IMG/VR virus record: IMGVR_UViG_3300042691_015370
Span: 80,888-144,887 of that record
DNA from: a virus
Length of the DNA: 64,000 nt
Direction: 5' to 3' (one strand)
Shown here: positions 48,881 through 58,190 of the stretch, piece by piece
How positions within the stretch are numbered: position 1 is the first letter of the stretch
Layout: each line of letters begins with the position of its first letter
Made by a program: the position numbers and the translations under genes
The notes under the pieces: generated by a model
The model's database searches: none
Seen by the model: only the letters and a program-made list of their open reading frames with translations
Told to the model about the DNA's origin: nothing

Positions 48881-50136
48881 TCTTCTAACAAACTAGAGAC
48901 TAGTTCCGCAATAGGTGAACGCTCGGATCTTGTGAGTGTAACGTGGGCAAACAGATGCTCCCCGGCCAGCGACGAGATTACTGAAGTAATTCCATCATAC
49001 TTTCCCACACGCAGGTTGTCGCGTTGTGCTACATCGTGAGTTAAAACGATCTTGGAGTTACTGCCGATCCGGCTCATGGCTGTCAGAAGTACCATTTTCT
49101 CCAAGTTCTGCGCCTCGTCCACGATGACGTAGGAATCGGTAAGGGTTCGGCCCCTTATGTGCGTAAGAGGAAGCACTTCCAGCAGTTCCCGCTCAACTAC
49201 TTCTTCAATGACGTTTTCGCCACAGATAGACTCCAAAGCATCGAAAACTGCGGCTGCCCATGGCGACATTTTCTCTTCTGCTGTCCCCGGTAGGAAGCCA
49301 AGATCTTGTCCACCAACAGCGTACAATGGCCGAAACACAACCACTCTACGGTGCATTCTGCGCTCCAAAACGGACTCCAGACCCGCAGCTAGAGCAAGAA
49401 CACTCTTGCCAGTACCTGCTGCACCACCAATGGACACAATGCCAATATCAGGGTCCATGAGTGCGTCGAGTGCGAATTTCTGCTCTGCGCTACGTCCACG
49501 AAGATCAAACACCTGTCGATCCTTGACGTGGATTATCTGTTCTCCACGCTTACGTGCAAGTGCAGAGCCATATGGTGATTTCGTGATCAGATATGTGTTT
49601 TCTGGGATGTGTAGAGTGGTTTCGTCAGTCGGAATGCACTCGTAGTCGTATAAGTCATTCAGTTGATTGTCTGAGACAGCGATTTCGGCCCATCCACTCC
49701 AGTTATCGACCATTTTGTCGGGCTGATAGTCGTCTGTTTGCACGCCTGCTACTGAAGCCTTCAGTCGTAGCGGCAAATCCTTGGTCAGTAGGGTGACATC
49801 ATCGGTTTTTGCAAGATTTGACGCTACTGCAAGGATTTTGTTGTCATTAGTGGGTTCTTTGAACGCATTTGGCAGTTCAGAGTCAAAAATGTTGTTTATT
49901 TCGACTCTAATGGACCCATTTGCACTATTTTTGACTTTTTGCGTGATATTTTGACTTTTTCGGCACTTTTCGAGCGTTTTTAGTGCATTTCGGGCTGCAA
50001 ATCCCAGTTCTGGATGGTTTCGCTTGGCTTCTAGCTCGGTTATTACTATCAAAGGTATAACCAAATCCTTATCCTTTAGGCGCTCAAACGCCTTAGGGTC
50101 AGACAATAACACCGACGTATCAAGCACATATACCAT
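48877..50136 (-). CDS. phoH: PIN-PhoH (PhoH2-like) protein
   Basis: PIN: YVLDTSVLL, NDNKIL, TKDLPLR. PhoH: GAAGTGKS, RGRTL, IVDEAQN. Confidence 0.92.
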   Translation of the reverse strand: MVYVLDTSVLLSDPKAFERLKDKDLVIPLIVITELEAKRNHPELGFAARNALKTLEKCRKSQNITQKVKNSANGSIRVEINNIFDSELPNAFKEPTNDNKILAVASNLAKTDDVTLLTKDLPLRLKASVAGVQTDDYQPDKMVDNWSGWAEIAVSDNQLNDLYDYECIPTDETTLHIPENTYLITKSPYGSALARKRGEQIIHVKDRQVFDLRGRSAEQKFALDALMDPDIGIVSIGGAAGTGKSVLALAAGLESVLERRMHRRVVVFRPLYAVGGQDLGFLPGTAEEKMSPWAAAVFDALESICGENVIEEVVERELLEVLPLTHIRGRTLTDSYVIVDEAQNLEKMVLLTAMSRIGSNSKIVLTHDVAQRDNLRVGKYDGITSVISSLAGEHLFAHVTLTRSERSPIAELVSSLLED

Positions 50137-50242
50137 GCGATAAGCCCTTCAATAGATTGTCCTTTAGCTATCGACTTTACTTTTGAACATTTGAATCGGT
50201 TTTTTCGGATGTCGATGAGATAGGGCATGAAAGGAGTGCGAT

Positions 50243-50545
50243 ATGTCTGAAGTTTTTGACAACGAGCCAAATCGGCTAGTTTCTGGCGTCGGTACCTCTA
50301 TTGTACGAACTCTGGTGCCTGTTGTGGTTGGTTCAGTTCTAGCTGCTCTTGCCTCTGTCGGGCTAGATCTTCCTGAAGGTCTGGTAACTGAGGTTGTAGC
50401 TGCTGTGATTATCACCCTCTACTACGCTGCTGTTCGTGTTCTAGAAGAGCATGTCTCGCCTGCTTGGGGTTGGCTACTCGGTGTTGCCAAGGTTCCCAAG
50501 TACGATGAGCTTGGTCCCGGCACTGGTTACGATCCACATTCGTAA
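50243..50545 (+). CDS. Putative holin
   Basis: Two hydrophobic segments, IVRTLVPVVVG and YYAAVRVLE...WGWLLG; convergent with the endolysin. Confidence 0.65.
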   Translation: MSEVFDNEPNRLVSGVGTSIVRTLVPVVVGSVLAALASVGLDLPEGLVTEVVAAVIITLYYAAVRVLEEHVSPAWGWLLGVAKVPKYDELGPGTGYDPHS

Positions 50546-50563
50546 GTAAAAGTCCATAGCAAT

Positions 50564-50602
50564 GCGAAAGGCCCGTGAGCATCTAGCTTACGGGCCTTTC
50601 GC
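50564..50602. terminator. Hairpin between convergent holin and endolysin genes
   Basis: GCGAAAGGCCCGTGAGC...GCTTACGGGCCTTTCGC. Confidence 0.7.
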
Positions 50603-50715
50603 TGTGTTGGGCTTAAATTGCTTTCTACGAAGACTTTAGGTATTGAGCTATGGTGGTAGCCAAACGGTCTAGAGGTGCGCTGAGAGGGCCATGTGGAGCG
50701 TCTCAGAGGATTCTG

Positions 50716-51468
50716 TCACTTACCGTCCCGAATGTTCTGAAGATTGGCACACAGCCACCACTTCGTGCTATCACCAACGACACCAACCGGATCAAGAATC
50801 TTCAAACCCAGCTTCTTGCAGTTCTGCTGAAAACCAGCAACGTGCATGAACGTCACTGGGCCATAAATACCATCAACCACGATCCCAGCATTTTGTATAA
50901 TGTTCAGCGACTGCTGAAGAAGCTTTATGTCCTCATTCCAAGACTTGTTGTTGAGTGGCGTTCTCACATTCTGCATCTTGGGAAGTAGAATACCTGCATT
51001 CCAGCGGCGAATAGCATTCCAGTCAGGTACAGCAGGTGCCGGTGGACGCACAACTTGCTGCACACGAGCACGAGTCAGTCTACGAGCCGCATCCCATGTA
51101 AGTTCGATATGCACATGATCCGTGTGAGGATTAACACCTGTATAGGCTGCACCTCTTGGATAGCGAGCACTGTAAATGCGTCTATTCCAGATGATCATCT
51201 GAATACCAAGGGTACCAACATGAGGCAGTAGAGCCTGTACTAGTCGAGTACCTGCTGGATTACCAACACCAGAGAACCCAACGTCAAGCGCACGACCCTC
51301 GCCATGCACTGAACGGTTCGTGCTGCCACGAACGCTACGGCAATTGTAAATACCATAGTTGCGAGCACCCTGACGAAAATCATGAACAGCCCAATCCATC
51401 AAAGCCTGTGCTCCGGGCTGAGTTCTACCGGTGCAAGCACCAGCGGCAGTGTATGCGGGCCAACTCAT
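50716..51468 (-). CDS. Endolysin: M15-like Zn peptidase plus peptidoglycan-binding domain
   Basis: SVHGEGRALD and HTDHVH motifs; IKLLQQSL...VDGIYGPVT...FQ. Confidence 0.8.
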   Translation of the reverse strand: MSWPAYTAAGACTGRTQPGAQALMDWAVHDFRQGARNYGIYNCRSVRGSTNRSVHGEGRALDVGFSGVGNPAGTRLVQALLPHVGTLGIQMIIWNRRIYSARYPRGAAYTGVNPHTDHVHIELTWDAARRLTRARVQQVVRPPAPAVPDWNAIRRWNAGILLPKMQNVRTPLNNKSWNEDIKLLQQSLNIIQNAGIVVDGIYGPVTFMHVAGFQQNCKKLGLKILDPVGVVGDSTKWWLCANLQNIRDGK

Positions 51469-51665
51469 GACTGCTCACCACCCTCATCCTCGTCATCCTC
51501 AAACGGTGGAGGGGTAGGGCAACCTACGTCATCTGCACGATACGGAGCATACCTTTTAGAAGGGAAAAGCTTGTTCAGTCCCTTGCCTATGAACGAATCG
51601 TCAATAGCCATATCCTGAGTCCTTTCATTCAGTTGCTTAACGACGACTGAAGAAAAGAATTGGAC

Positions 51666-52625
51666 TCAGTACTTGACCTGTGTTGCAACGCAAGCTGCAA
51701 TTTGTGGAGGTCTTGAACTTGTTGGAAGTAAAATGTTGCCAGTGGCGTCCACATTGGTGACATTGCAGTTGAAGTATGGACCACCAACAAAGAGCCAGTA
51801 GTTACGAGTGAAGCCAATCTCCATACCTGACACTCGGTAATTGGAGACTGCACGAGTCGAGAACGGCTCAATGTTCAAAGCCCACCAGAATGCTCCAGAA
51901 ACCTTCCCGCCAGTGACCGTTACCCGATCCGAACTGACATTGGAGATACCAGATCGTCCAAGGCAACGAGCATCTAAGTTTGTTATGGTGATATTAGAGC
52001 CAGCATCCAAAAGCGTTACGCCATCGCCCCACACGTCCCGCACCACGGCATTCTCAATCACAATGTTTCCAGCCTTGTTTTTGACATAAAATGCCGCTTG
52101 CTCTTCGGAAGCCGCCGCCCACTGCGAGTAGGTTTGTCCAATAGAAGCTGGGTTATAGGGAAGAGTGTTGGTCCACCAGCATGGGTTAGTGCCGGTGATC
52201 CTTGCATTCCTGATAGTTACGCCAGACTGCTCCATCATGATGAAAGGAGTGGTGTTGGCTGTTGGGATGATGTTTCTCACAAAAGAGCCATTGGTCCCAA
52301 AAGTAATGGTAGAGTTTGCTGGAGGCTTTAGCATTCCATTAACAATATACTGACGATCAACGAACAAAGAGCCATCATTGAGATCTGCTTGCAATGCGGC
52401 AGTTGAGTCAGTGCCAGCAATTGGAACTGTTGTTGATGGGGTTGTCGTTGTAGTTGTGCTTGTCGTCGTAGTGGTCGTGGTGCGAGGACGCCTAGCATCT
52501 GCTGTGGGTGCTGGTTGACAACTAGCCAGTAGCACCAATAGCCCTAAAATAAGTACACTTATGGTCAATAGGGTAATCAGATTGCTAGGCGTTACCTGAG
52601 CGCTGCGTTGATCTCTTGCTTTCAC
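51666..52625 (-). CDS. Lipoprotein with Thr-rich linker and right-handed beta-helix (pectin lyase-like)
   Basis: Hydrophobic signal with LASC lipobox, a poly-T linker, and VWGDGV, NITITN, RSGIS, IEP repeats. Confidence 0.75.
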   Translation of the reverse strand: MKARDQRSAQVTPSNLITLLTISVLILGLLVLLASCQPAPTADARRPRTTTTTTTSTTTTTTPSTTVPIAGTDSTAALQADLNDGSLFVDRQYIVNGMLKPPANSTITFGTNGSFVRNIIPTANTTPFIMMEQSGVTIRNARITGTNPCWWTNTLPYNPASIGQTYSQWAAASEEQAAFYVKNKAGNIVIENAVVRDVWGDGVTLLDAGSNITITNLDARCLGRSGISNVSSDRVTVTGGKVSGAFWWALNIEPFSTRAVSNYRVSGMEIGFTRNYWLFVGGPYFNCNVTNVDATGNILLPTSSRPPQIAACVATQVKY

Positions 52626-53629
52626 TGAGCTATCACCTCGAAATCGCTCAGCATCAATCCCATTCGTCCAATGGGACCAATGTTGCCATCACCCTGATCC
52701 CAGCGGCGATCCTGTGTAAGTTCAATTCCAGCAGGACCAGTACGAGCACCCTTACCACGAGTACGGTCACCGATCATCATGCCGAACTCATGCAGAGCTT
52801 GAGCTACGATCCGGGCAGCAGTGCCGGGAGCAAAACGCTGCACAACCTCTGCCTTTAAGCGCAACCGCTCACCAGCACGACAGGGGTGACCAACCCAGTC
52901 ACCATCAGTGCCACGAGCATACCCAACCTTTTCGGGAGCATAGTTCGGCAGCACTGCAAAGATCATATGGTCGATTCGACCCTTCTGAATCTCTTCCCAG
53001 CGCGCAACGAGAGGGAATTTGGGTACGTTTGCGGCCACAACACCCATTGGCTGGCCGGGAGCGTCCCATGGCTTGTTGCAATCCCAACGCTCAATACCAC
53101 GACCGCCACCATCGTAACCACACACCCAGTCACACTGACCGAATGTCTTCAGGCGGTTGAATGGCGAGCTATTCAGCACAATGGCTTCCCAGAGGATCTT
53201 ACTTTCCTCGTTCCAAGCAATGCAATGCATGTCGAACGAATTGGTGGGATCGCCACCACGACGCACCAGATTGGGAAGTGGAACCCGAGTGATCGGGAAC
53301 TTGGGGGTAAACCAGTTCCAAGTAATGGGCCTCGACATATCCCATACCTTGGTCAATGGCGTTGCATTGTTGATGATGTTGAAGGGCATGCCATAGCTGA
53401 CGCCCTCCCATGGAGCATTGCCAGCGTCAGCATCAATTGGAAGATCATAATCTGACAGAGACAACGCATTGGTGCGCTCTGTGTCAACAGGCTCTGAAAG
53501 GAGGTCGTGCTGCCAGAAAGAATCAATGTTGCCCCACGGTACGACCTTTAGGTCTGGCATGGTCGGAACAGGCCACTTCGACCAATCCAAAGCGTATTGT
53601 GAATCTGCTTGCTGAACGGTTGATGGCAT
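52622..53629 (-). CDS. Hypothetical protein (335 aa)
   Basis: Long ORF; EEIQKGRIDH...GERLRLK...ALHEFGMMIGD; function unknown. Confidence 0.65.
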   Translation of the reverse strand: MPSTVQQADSQYALDWSKWPVPTMPDLKVVPWGNIDSFWQHDLLSEPVDTERTNALSLSDYDLPIDADAGNAPWEGVSYGMPFNIINNATPLTKVWDMSRPITWNWFTPKFPITRVPLPNLVRRGGDPTNSFDMHCIAWNEESKILWEAIVLNSSPFNRLKTFGQCDWVCGYDGGGRGIERWDCNKPWDAPGQPMGVVAANVPKFPLVARWEEIQKGRIDHMIFAVLPNYAPEKVGYARGTDGDWVGHPCRAGERLRLKAEVVQRFAPGTAARIVAQALHEFGMMIGDRTRGKGARTGPAGIELTQDRRWDQGDGNIGPIGRMGLMLSDFEVIAQ

Positions 53630-53631
53630 TA

Positions 53632-54069
53632 TCAGTCTCTCTTCTTCTTTGTTGAGCCAATTACTGTCATTACGGGAGCATTTTGAGGGAAGAATGTCAT
53701 CGGCGTGCCGTCCGGTAGTTCAACAAGCCCATCACCTTGAGCACCGCCATAACCAGCAGGATGCAGCAGCAAAACTGCTCGCCACTCATAGTTGCCATCT
53801 AGGTTCATGTCAGTTCGAATCACGTTGATGTCAGCAACCGCTGCCCAAGGATCAGTCCAAGTATCTGGATCATTGATGTCGCTTGGTCCAATAACCTTTG
53901 GCTGTGCCTGAATCGAAAGAATCTCAGTAAAACCAAAATCCTCTGGTTCAAGAATTACGCCACCAACAGTATAAGGTCCCTCAACTCCAGTGACCTCAAC
54001 GATTTTGATCTGATTACCACTGGAATCACGCAGATCTGATGCAAGAATTGTATTGAATGTAATAGCCAT
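53632..54069 (-). CDS. Hypothetical protein
   Basis: 145 aa with AGGAG RBS. Confidence 0.6.
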   Translation of the reverse strand: MAITFNTILASDLRDSSGNQIKIVEVTGVEGPYTVGGVILEPEDFGFTEILSIQAQPKVIGPSDINDPDTWTDPWAAVADINVIRTDMNLDGNYEWRAVLLLHPAGYGGAQGDGLVELPDGTPMTFFPQNAPVMTVIGSTKKKRD

Positions 54070-54203
54070 ATCAAACTCCTAAAGCTTTCGGTTGTTGTAG
54101 AGCCAGATGATCCCAGCAATAGCAGCAATAGTCACAATCACATCACTGACAACATCCAACCAAAGTACGAGCATAACCATACAACGACAGCAAAACTGTT
54201 GAT

Positions 54204-54413
54204 TCAATCCTCGTACTCAACAACAGTGTCGAAGCCACCATCTACTTGCCGAACCTCAATGATGGTTGCCTCAAACTCTTCCCCGTCCATCTCAACAGTC
54301 ACGATCTTGCCCACCTGTTCCTTCAGCACCTTGCGCAGAATCTTGTCCCGAGCATGCTGAGGTAGTAAAGGGATGTGTGGTAGGTCTAATGGGAAGTGCG
54401 TTTTGATTCTCAT
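54204..54413 (-). CDS. Small hypothetical protein
   Basis: C-terminal part of a track ORF looks protein-like; start uncertain. Confidence 0.4.
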   Translation of the reverse strand: MRIKTHFPLDLPHIPLLPQHARDKILRKVLKEQVGKIVTVEMDGEEFEATIIEVRQVDGGFDTVVEYED

Positions 54414-54694
54414 ACACCATGTTACGGGCCAACATGCAAGAAATTGCATATATGCAAGCAATAATGTGAAAAATTGCAGTGATATTGCAGGATTCACACC
54501 AAAATTGCGACAAACAAAGAGTTGGAATGCAATACTTTGCCAGTGGGCAGCAGGCAATACCGCCCAGTCCCTAGTAAACACGGGGTTCGGCCCCGGGGGG
54601 TGGTGCGACGGGTCGATCCGGGGTACATTGGTGTTGTCCCCGCCGCCGAGGTGAGCGGGGGGGGGGAGCGGCAAGGCTCCCCGAACATAGGCAC

Positions 54695-54723
54695 TTGACT
54701 GCTACGCTTAGGCGTGTCATGCT
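54695..54723 (+). promoter_or_regulatory. Sigma70/SigA-type promoter (TTGACT-17bp-CATGCT, extended -10 TG)
   Basis: Near-consensus hexamers with 17-bp spacing at the start of the plus-strand high-GC region. Confidence 0.65.
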
Positions 54724-54729
54724 CGTGTC

Positions 54730-55420
54730 GTACAAGGGAGTATCGGTCCCGCCTAACAGGCCGCACCGTTAACCATCGGCAGTGCTAGTTCTGAACAGCT
54801 AGCGTGTCAGTCCACCGGGCATCCCTCATAGCCAACCTCGCTATCCTGCGATTCTGGTCCTGCCGTGGCAGGTGCATAGTCTCCCCACCTAGAGTGGCGA
54901 CGAGTGCGAACCGGACCCCAACGTGGTGCAAGCTAGATAGTCGCCCCTGTGACGAGAGGTATTGGCACGCTTCCCCTAGCGTGAAGTCTGTCCCCATGCG
55001 ACAGGTATGGACTGATGCTAGGTACGCCGTAAAGGAAGTGTGAGCTAGTGCGACGGGGAGCCTACCTAGGTAGTGCGCCACAATAGGAGCTAGCGTCATC
55101 GGTTAGGGACGGCCCGGTAAGAACGGGGTGCTACTGAGAACGGTGTGGGTATGTGTCGGACCCACGGGTGACTGGACAGTGCAACGTCAGGGACGGCCAC
55201 GGACGACTGAGTGCGAAGCCTGCCCGGAAACCAACCTAAGTGTAAGAGCGCCTAAAGCTTACCGCAACCCTAACCTACGCCCAGAGTCGAGAGACTAGGG
55301 CTTAGCAAGTGTGCCCGCTGGGCCGACCGTGCAACTGCACTCCAGAACGCTTGCTACGCCGGTCCTCCTAAGGCTCGACGTCTGCTCTGGGCGCCATGCG
55401 ACAGAGGTTCGCAGTAGCTA
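54730..55420 (+). ncRNA. Candidate large structured non-coding RNA
   Basis: No credible ORF; several nested long-range helices found by eye (see findings); directly downstream of the promoter. Confidence 0.6.
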
Positions 55421-55437
55421 GCACATGGAGGACCATC

Positions 55438-55842
55438 GTGTCCGAGAACACCGCAATCACCCCCGAGATGGCGCAGGCCGAGATCGACCGGCGTGCCGCC
55501 AACAAGGCCGCCAAGGCAGCGGCCCGCAAGCAGGGTGCCAAGAAGTTCACCCGCATCGCCGCCACCGACCCGGTGCTCATGGCCCTGTCGGGTGAGCAGT
55601 TGGACCTGCTCGTCAAGCCCGCCGAGGCCCAGCCCGAGGTGCCCACCATCAAGACCGCCCCGGCGTGGAACGAGCCGGGTGTGCGGGGTGGCGACCCGGT
55701 GAAGCGCAACCGGGCGCTGCTGGCCGACAAGCTGGTGGGTGCCGACTCCAAGGGCACCCCGGCGTGGTGGGACGCCTACCGCTCGACCAAGGACATGACC
55801 TTGGACGAGTTGGGTGTGGCGCTCGGGTTCATCACCGCCTGA
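55438..55842 (+). CDS. Hypothetical early protein
   Basis: GTG start with GGAGG RBS; strong GC3 codon bias. Confidence 0.7.
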   Translation: MSENTAITPEMAQAEIDRRAANKAAKAAARKQGAKKFTRIAATDPVLMALSGEQLDLLVKPAEAQPEVPTIKTAPAWNEPGVRGGDPVKRNRALLADKLVGADSKGTPAWWDAYRSTKDMTLDELGVALGFITA

Positions 55843-55849
55843 GATGCCA

Positions 55850-55875
55850 AGTCCTGAGCATGACTGAAACTGCTC
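55850..55875 (+). repeat. Pseudoknot motif copy 1
   Basis: AGTC-CTGAGCAT-GACT-GAAAC-TGCTC. Confidence 0.75.
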
Positions 55876-55941
55876 GCCCCTACACCTAGGGTGTGGTGCT
55901 TCGATGCACGCTAGGGGGCCACCTGCGAGAAAGGTACATGC

Positions 55942-56139
55942 ATGAGCAAGCCCGTCCCGCCACCGCCACCCACACGGCGCAACGTGTTCTCCCCGACCGA
56001 CCGTGACCCCAAGGTCACCCGTACCCGCACGGCCTACACCGTGGACCGTACCAGCCGCCCCGGTGTGGTGACCCGCTCGCACACCGAGGGCAAGCTGACC
56101 CGGCGTGAGTTGGAGCGCATGATGAAGTACCGGGGCTGA
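55942..56139 (+). CDS. Hypothetical basic protein
   Basis: 65 aa, GC3 bias, RBS. Confidence 0.6.
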   Translation: MSKPVPPPPPTRRNVFSPTDRDPKVTRTRTAYTVDRTSRPGVVTRSHTEGKLTRRELERMMKYRG

Positions 56140-56173
56140 GATCACACACCGGGCAAACGTCCATAAGACCAGC

Positions 56174-56530
56174 TTGGAGGCTGAGTTGAGCAAGCGCACC
56201 TACAACTACATGGCACCCCGTGCCCTGCGAGCGAACATGCGATCCCGCTCCAAGACCGAAGATCCGATGCACGATCCCCGCAAGCACGAGCGTCGGGTGG
56301 AGCAGATCCCGTCCGAGTACCGCACCCTGCCCGGATCACCGCAGCACATCGTGTCGAACATGCCCGCAGTGTCGAGTGTGCTGGGCATGATGGGTGAGAA
56401 GCAGGCCCGCTACCGGGTCGAGAAGGACAACAAGCGCACCGAGTACGTCGGTCGCACCTCCAAGCTCCCCGAGTGTGGGCCGAGCGCCCGCAAGTCCGAC
56501 AACCACCGAGCCGCAGCAGACGGGAAGTGA
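56174..56530 (+). CDS. Hypothetical basic protein
   Basis: GC3 bias; true start may be TTG at 56186 after GGAGG. Confidence 0.6.
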   Translation: MEAELSKRTYNYMAPRALRANMRSRSKTEDPMHDPRKHERRVEQIPSEYRTLPGSPQHIVSNMPAVSSVLGMMGEKQARYRVEKDNKRTEYVGRTSKLPECGPSARKSDNHRAAADGK

Positions 56531-56532
56531 CC

Positions 56533-56736
56533 ATGAACGAGCGCAACCGACGAACCACCAAGCCACGCCCAGCACGACCCACCATCGTCTACCGCATCGG
56601 TGGCATCAGGTGGGTGCCATGCACGCAGACCGAGGCCGAGTGGTACTACCACGCCGCCGAGGGTCAGGTGTACCCCAACGTGTGCTACCCAGTCATGCAC
56701 AAGGGGCACGCTGTCATGCCAGTCCGTCCACTCTAG
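56533..56736 (+). CDS. Hypothetical protein
   Basis: Start MNERN; GC3 bias. Confidence 0.55.
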   Translation: MNERNRRTTKPRPARPTIVYRIGGIRWVPCTQTEAEWYYHAAEGQVYPNVCYPVMHKGHAVMPVRPL

Positions 56737-56751
56737 CGAGAGGCTAGTCCC

Positions 56752-57054
56752 ATGACCGAGACAGTCAACGGTCGTCCCGTCAAGAACTTCGTCGCCATGT
56801 TCGTCCCGCTCAGCATCTGTGCCTTGCCCGAGGAAATGGGCCTCAAGGGCACGGGTGTGCAGATCCCCGGCTTCACCCATGAGGGCATGACCGTGGAGCC
56901 ACACCTCGTGACCGAGGTGATGGAGGGTCACAACTGCGTGACCGTGGAACCGGGTCGCAAGGCCCACATCTTCGCAACCCGTGCAGAGGCGGAAGCCTTC
57001 GTAGAAGCACAGACAGTCCGCAAGTCGGGCTGGATGGTCCTTCCCCGTACCTAG
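56752..57054 (+). CDS. Hypothetical protein
   Basis: 100 aa with GAGG RBS. Confidence 0.6.
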   Translation: MTETVNGRPVKNFVAMFVPLSICALPEEMGLKGTGVQIPGFTHEGMTVEPHLVTEVMEGHNCVTVEPGRKAHIFATRAEAEAFVEAQTVRKSGWMVLPRT

Positions 57055-57068
57055 GAGGTACACACATC

Positions 57069-57218
57069 ATGACCAACCCCACCAAGACCAAGCACGTCGT
57101 CCGTACCAAGACCCACATGCAGGCGTTCAGCGACGAGCGTGACCGCCGCATCGTGGACTGGGTGCTGACCGCCGAGTCCGAGGACTGGGAAGCCTCCCAG
57201 TCCCAGCCCATCGACTGA
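57069..57218 (+). CDS. Small hypothetical protein (49 aa, not in track)
   Basis: AGGAGG RBS; MTNPTKTKHVVRTK... Confidence 0.6.
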   Translation: MTNPTKTKHVVRTKTHMQAFSDERDRRIVDWVLTAESEDWEASQSQPID

Positions 57219-57279
57219 CCACAGCTACCTTGCCAGTGTGCAAGGGGTGTGGTGAGAGGAACGAGATGTTCACTACACA

Positions 57280-57545
57280 GTCCTGAGCAGGACACGAAAC
57301 TGACTCAACGATGCCACACTGTACCGGGTCGTCCGGGCAGGAGATGGACGAGCGGCTGGCCGCACGCACAGCGTTTACATGAATGGTCCTGAGTAAGACT
57401 TTAAACATCTGCTCACATAGCCCTAGCACACAGTTGCAGAGGGAATGGCACTGAGCAATGCCACACAAATTGCTCCCGCAACGTAGGTGCTACGGCAACT
57501 TGGAGTGTGAGTGATAGCTGGTCCTGAGTATGACGTAAACTGCTC
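57280..57545 (+). repeat. Cluster of four pseudoknot motif copies (57280, 57386, 57446, 57521)
   Basis: GTCCTGAGCAGGACACGAAACTGACTC; GTCCTGAGTAAGACTTTAAACATCTGCTC; TGGCACTGAGCAATGCCACACAAATTGCTC; GTCCTGAGTATGACGTAAACTGCTC. Confidence 0.75.
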
Positions 57546-57604
57546 CGCTAGGGTGACGTGTTATATCACCCCCGAGGCTACGGACGGTAAGCCGTGGCAA
57601 ACGT

Positions 57605-57699
57605 TTGTAAAGGTAGCCACCCAAGGGGCCTTAGTCAAGGGTGTAGCCAAACCGCTACTAGCAGGCTGGTGTCGTAAGTCAGCCCTACCTTTACAACCA
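57605..57699 (+). ncRNA. tRNA-sized multibranch element ending in CCA
   Basis: TTGTAAAGGTAG pairs with CTACCTTTACAA, encloses hairpins, and is followed by CCA. Confidence 0.45.
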
Positions 57700-57767
57700 C
57701 ACCATCGTATGGTGTGTCTAGTAAGCGTAACAAGGAATCGGTAGCGTCCCCGCACCCTCCGGGTGTG

Positions 57768-57862
57768 AAGAAGGGTGGGCTGATCCCTGACCGGAGTTCA
57801 CGCAGCAACCGTGCTGGTGCCGGGGTGAAGGACAGCGGGCTAGGTTCGACTCCAGCCTTCTT
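57768..57862 (+). ncRNA. tRNA-like element (acceptor-like stem plus T-loop)
   Basis: AAGAAGG/CCTTCTT stem and GGTTCGACTCC T-arm; no canonical anticodon arm. Confidence 0.45.
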
Positions 57863-57908
57863 GTTGCGCTTATTAGCTACACCAACCAAGCCCATGAGAG
57901 GGATTTGC

Positions 57909-58190
57909 ATGCCCATGCCCGAGATGCCCAACCGCCGAGACAGTGCCTTCCGTAGCCTGTCACCCACCGAGTCCTGCACGCAGAAGGTCCACACCACGGG
58001 TGTGCAGTGGGTCTACAAGTTCGACAACGGGTGGGGCGCATCCATCATCACCGATGGCTCCGGGTGTCAGATGGGGCTGTTTGAGGTGGCTCCCATCGAC
58101 CCCAAGAACGGGTTGGATGACATGGGTGTGCGGGGCTACCTGACCGCAGCCGATGTCATCGACTACCTGCGAGACATCGCCACCCGCTGA
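57909..58190 (+). CDS. Hypothetical protein
   Basis: YKFDNGWGASII...GLFEVA...GVRGYLT, a pattern seen in small phage proteins. Confidence 0.7.
   Translation: MPMPEMPNRRDSAFRSLSPTESCTQKVHTTGVQWVYKFDNGWGASIITDGSGCQMGLFEVAPIDPKNGLDDMGVRGYLTAADVIDYLRDIATR

Noticed and set aside
54730-55420. RNase P RNA, tmRNA or group II intron
   Set aside because: No GAGGAAAGUCC P4 motif, no tmRNA tRNA-like 3' end or tag ORF, and no recognisable domain V found by eye.
55851-55875. Hammerhead ribozyme (CTGA...GAAAC resemblance)
   Set aside because: The core CUGANGA is not matched (CTGAGCA) and stems I and III cannot be formed.
55354-57468. Long minus-strand track ORFs in the high-GC region
   Set aside because: These are antisense shadows of plus-strand genes that have RBSs and GC3 bias.
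57280-57545. CRISPR mini-array or TIGR-like array (repeats start GTC and some contain GAAAC and CTGA)
   Set aside because: Repeats vary in sequence while keeping structure, spacing is irregular, conservation continues past GAAAC, and no Cas or Nop-domain gene is visible.
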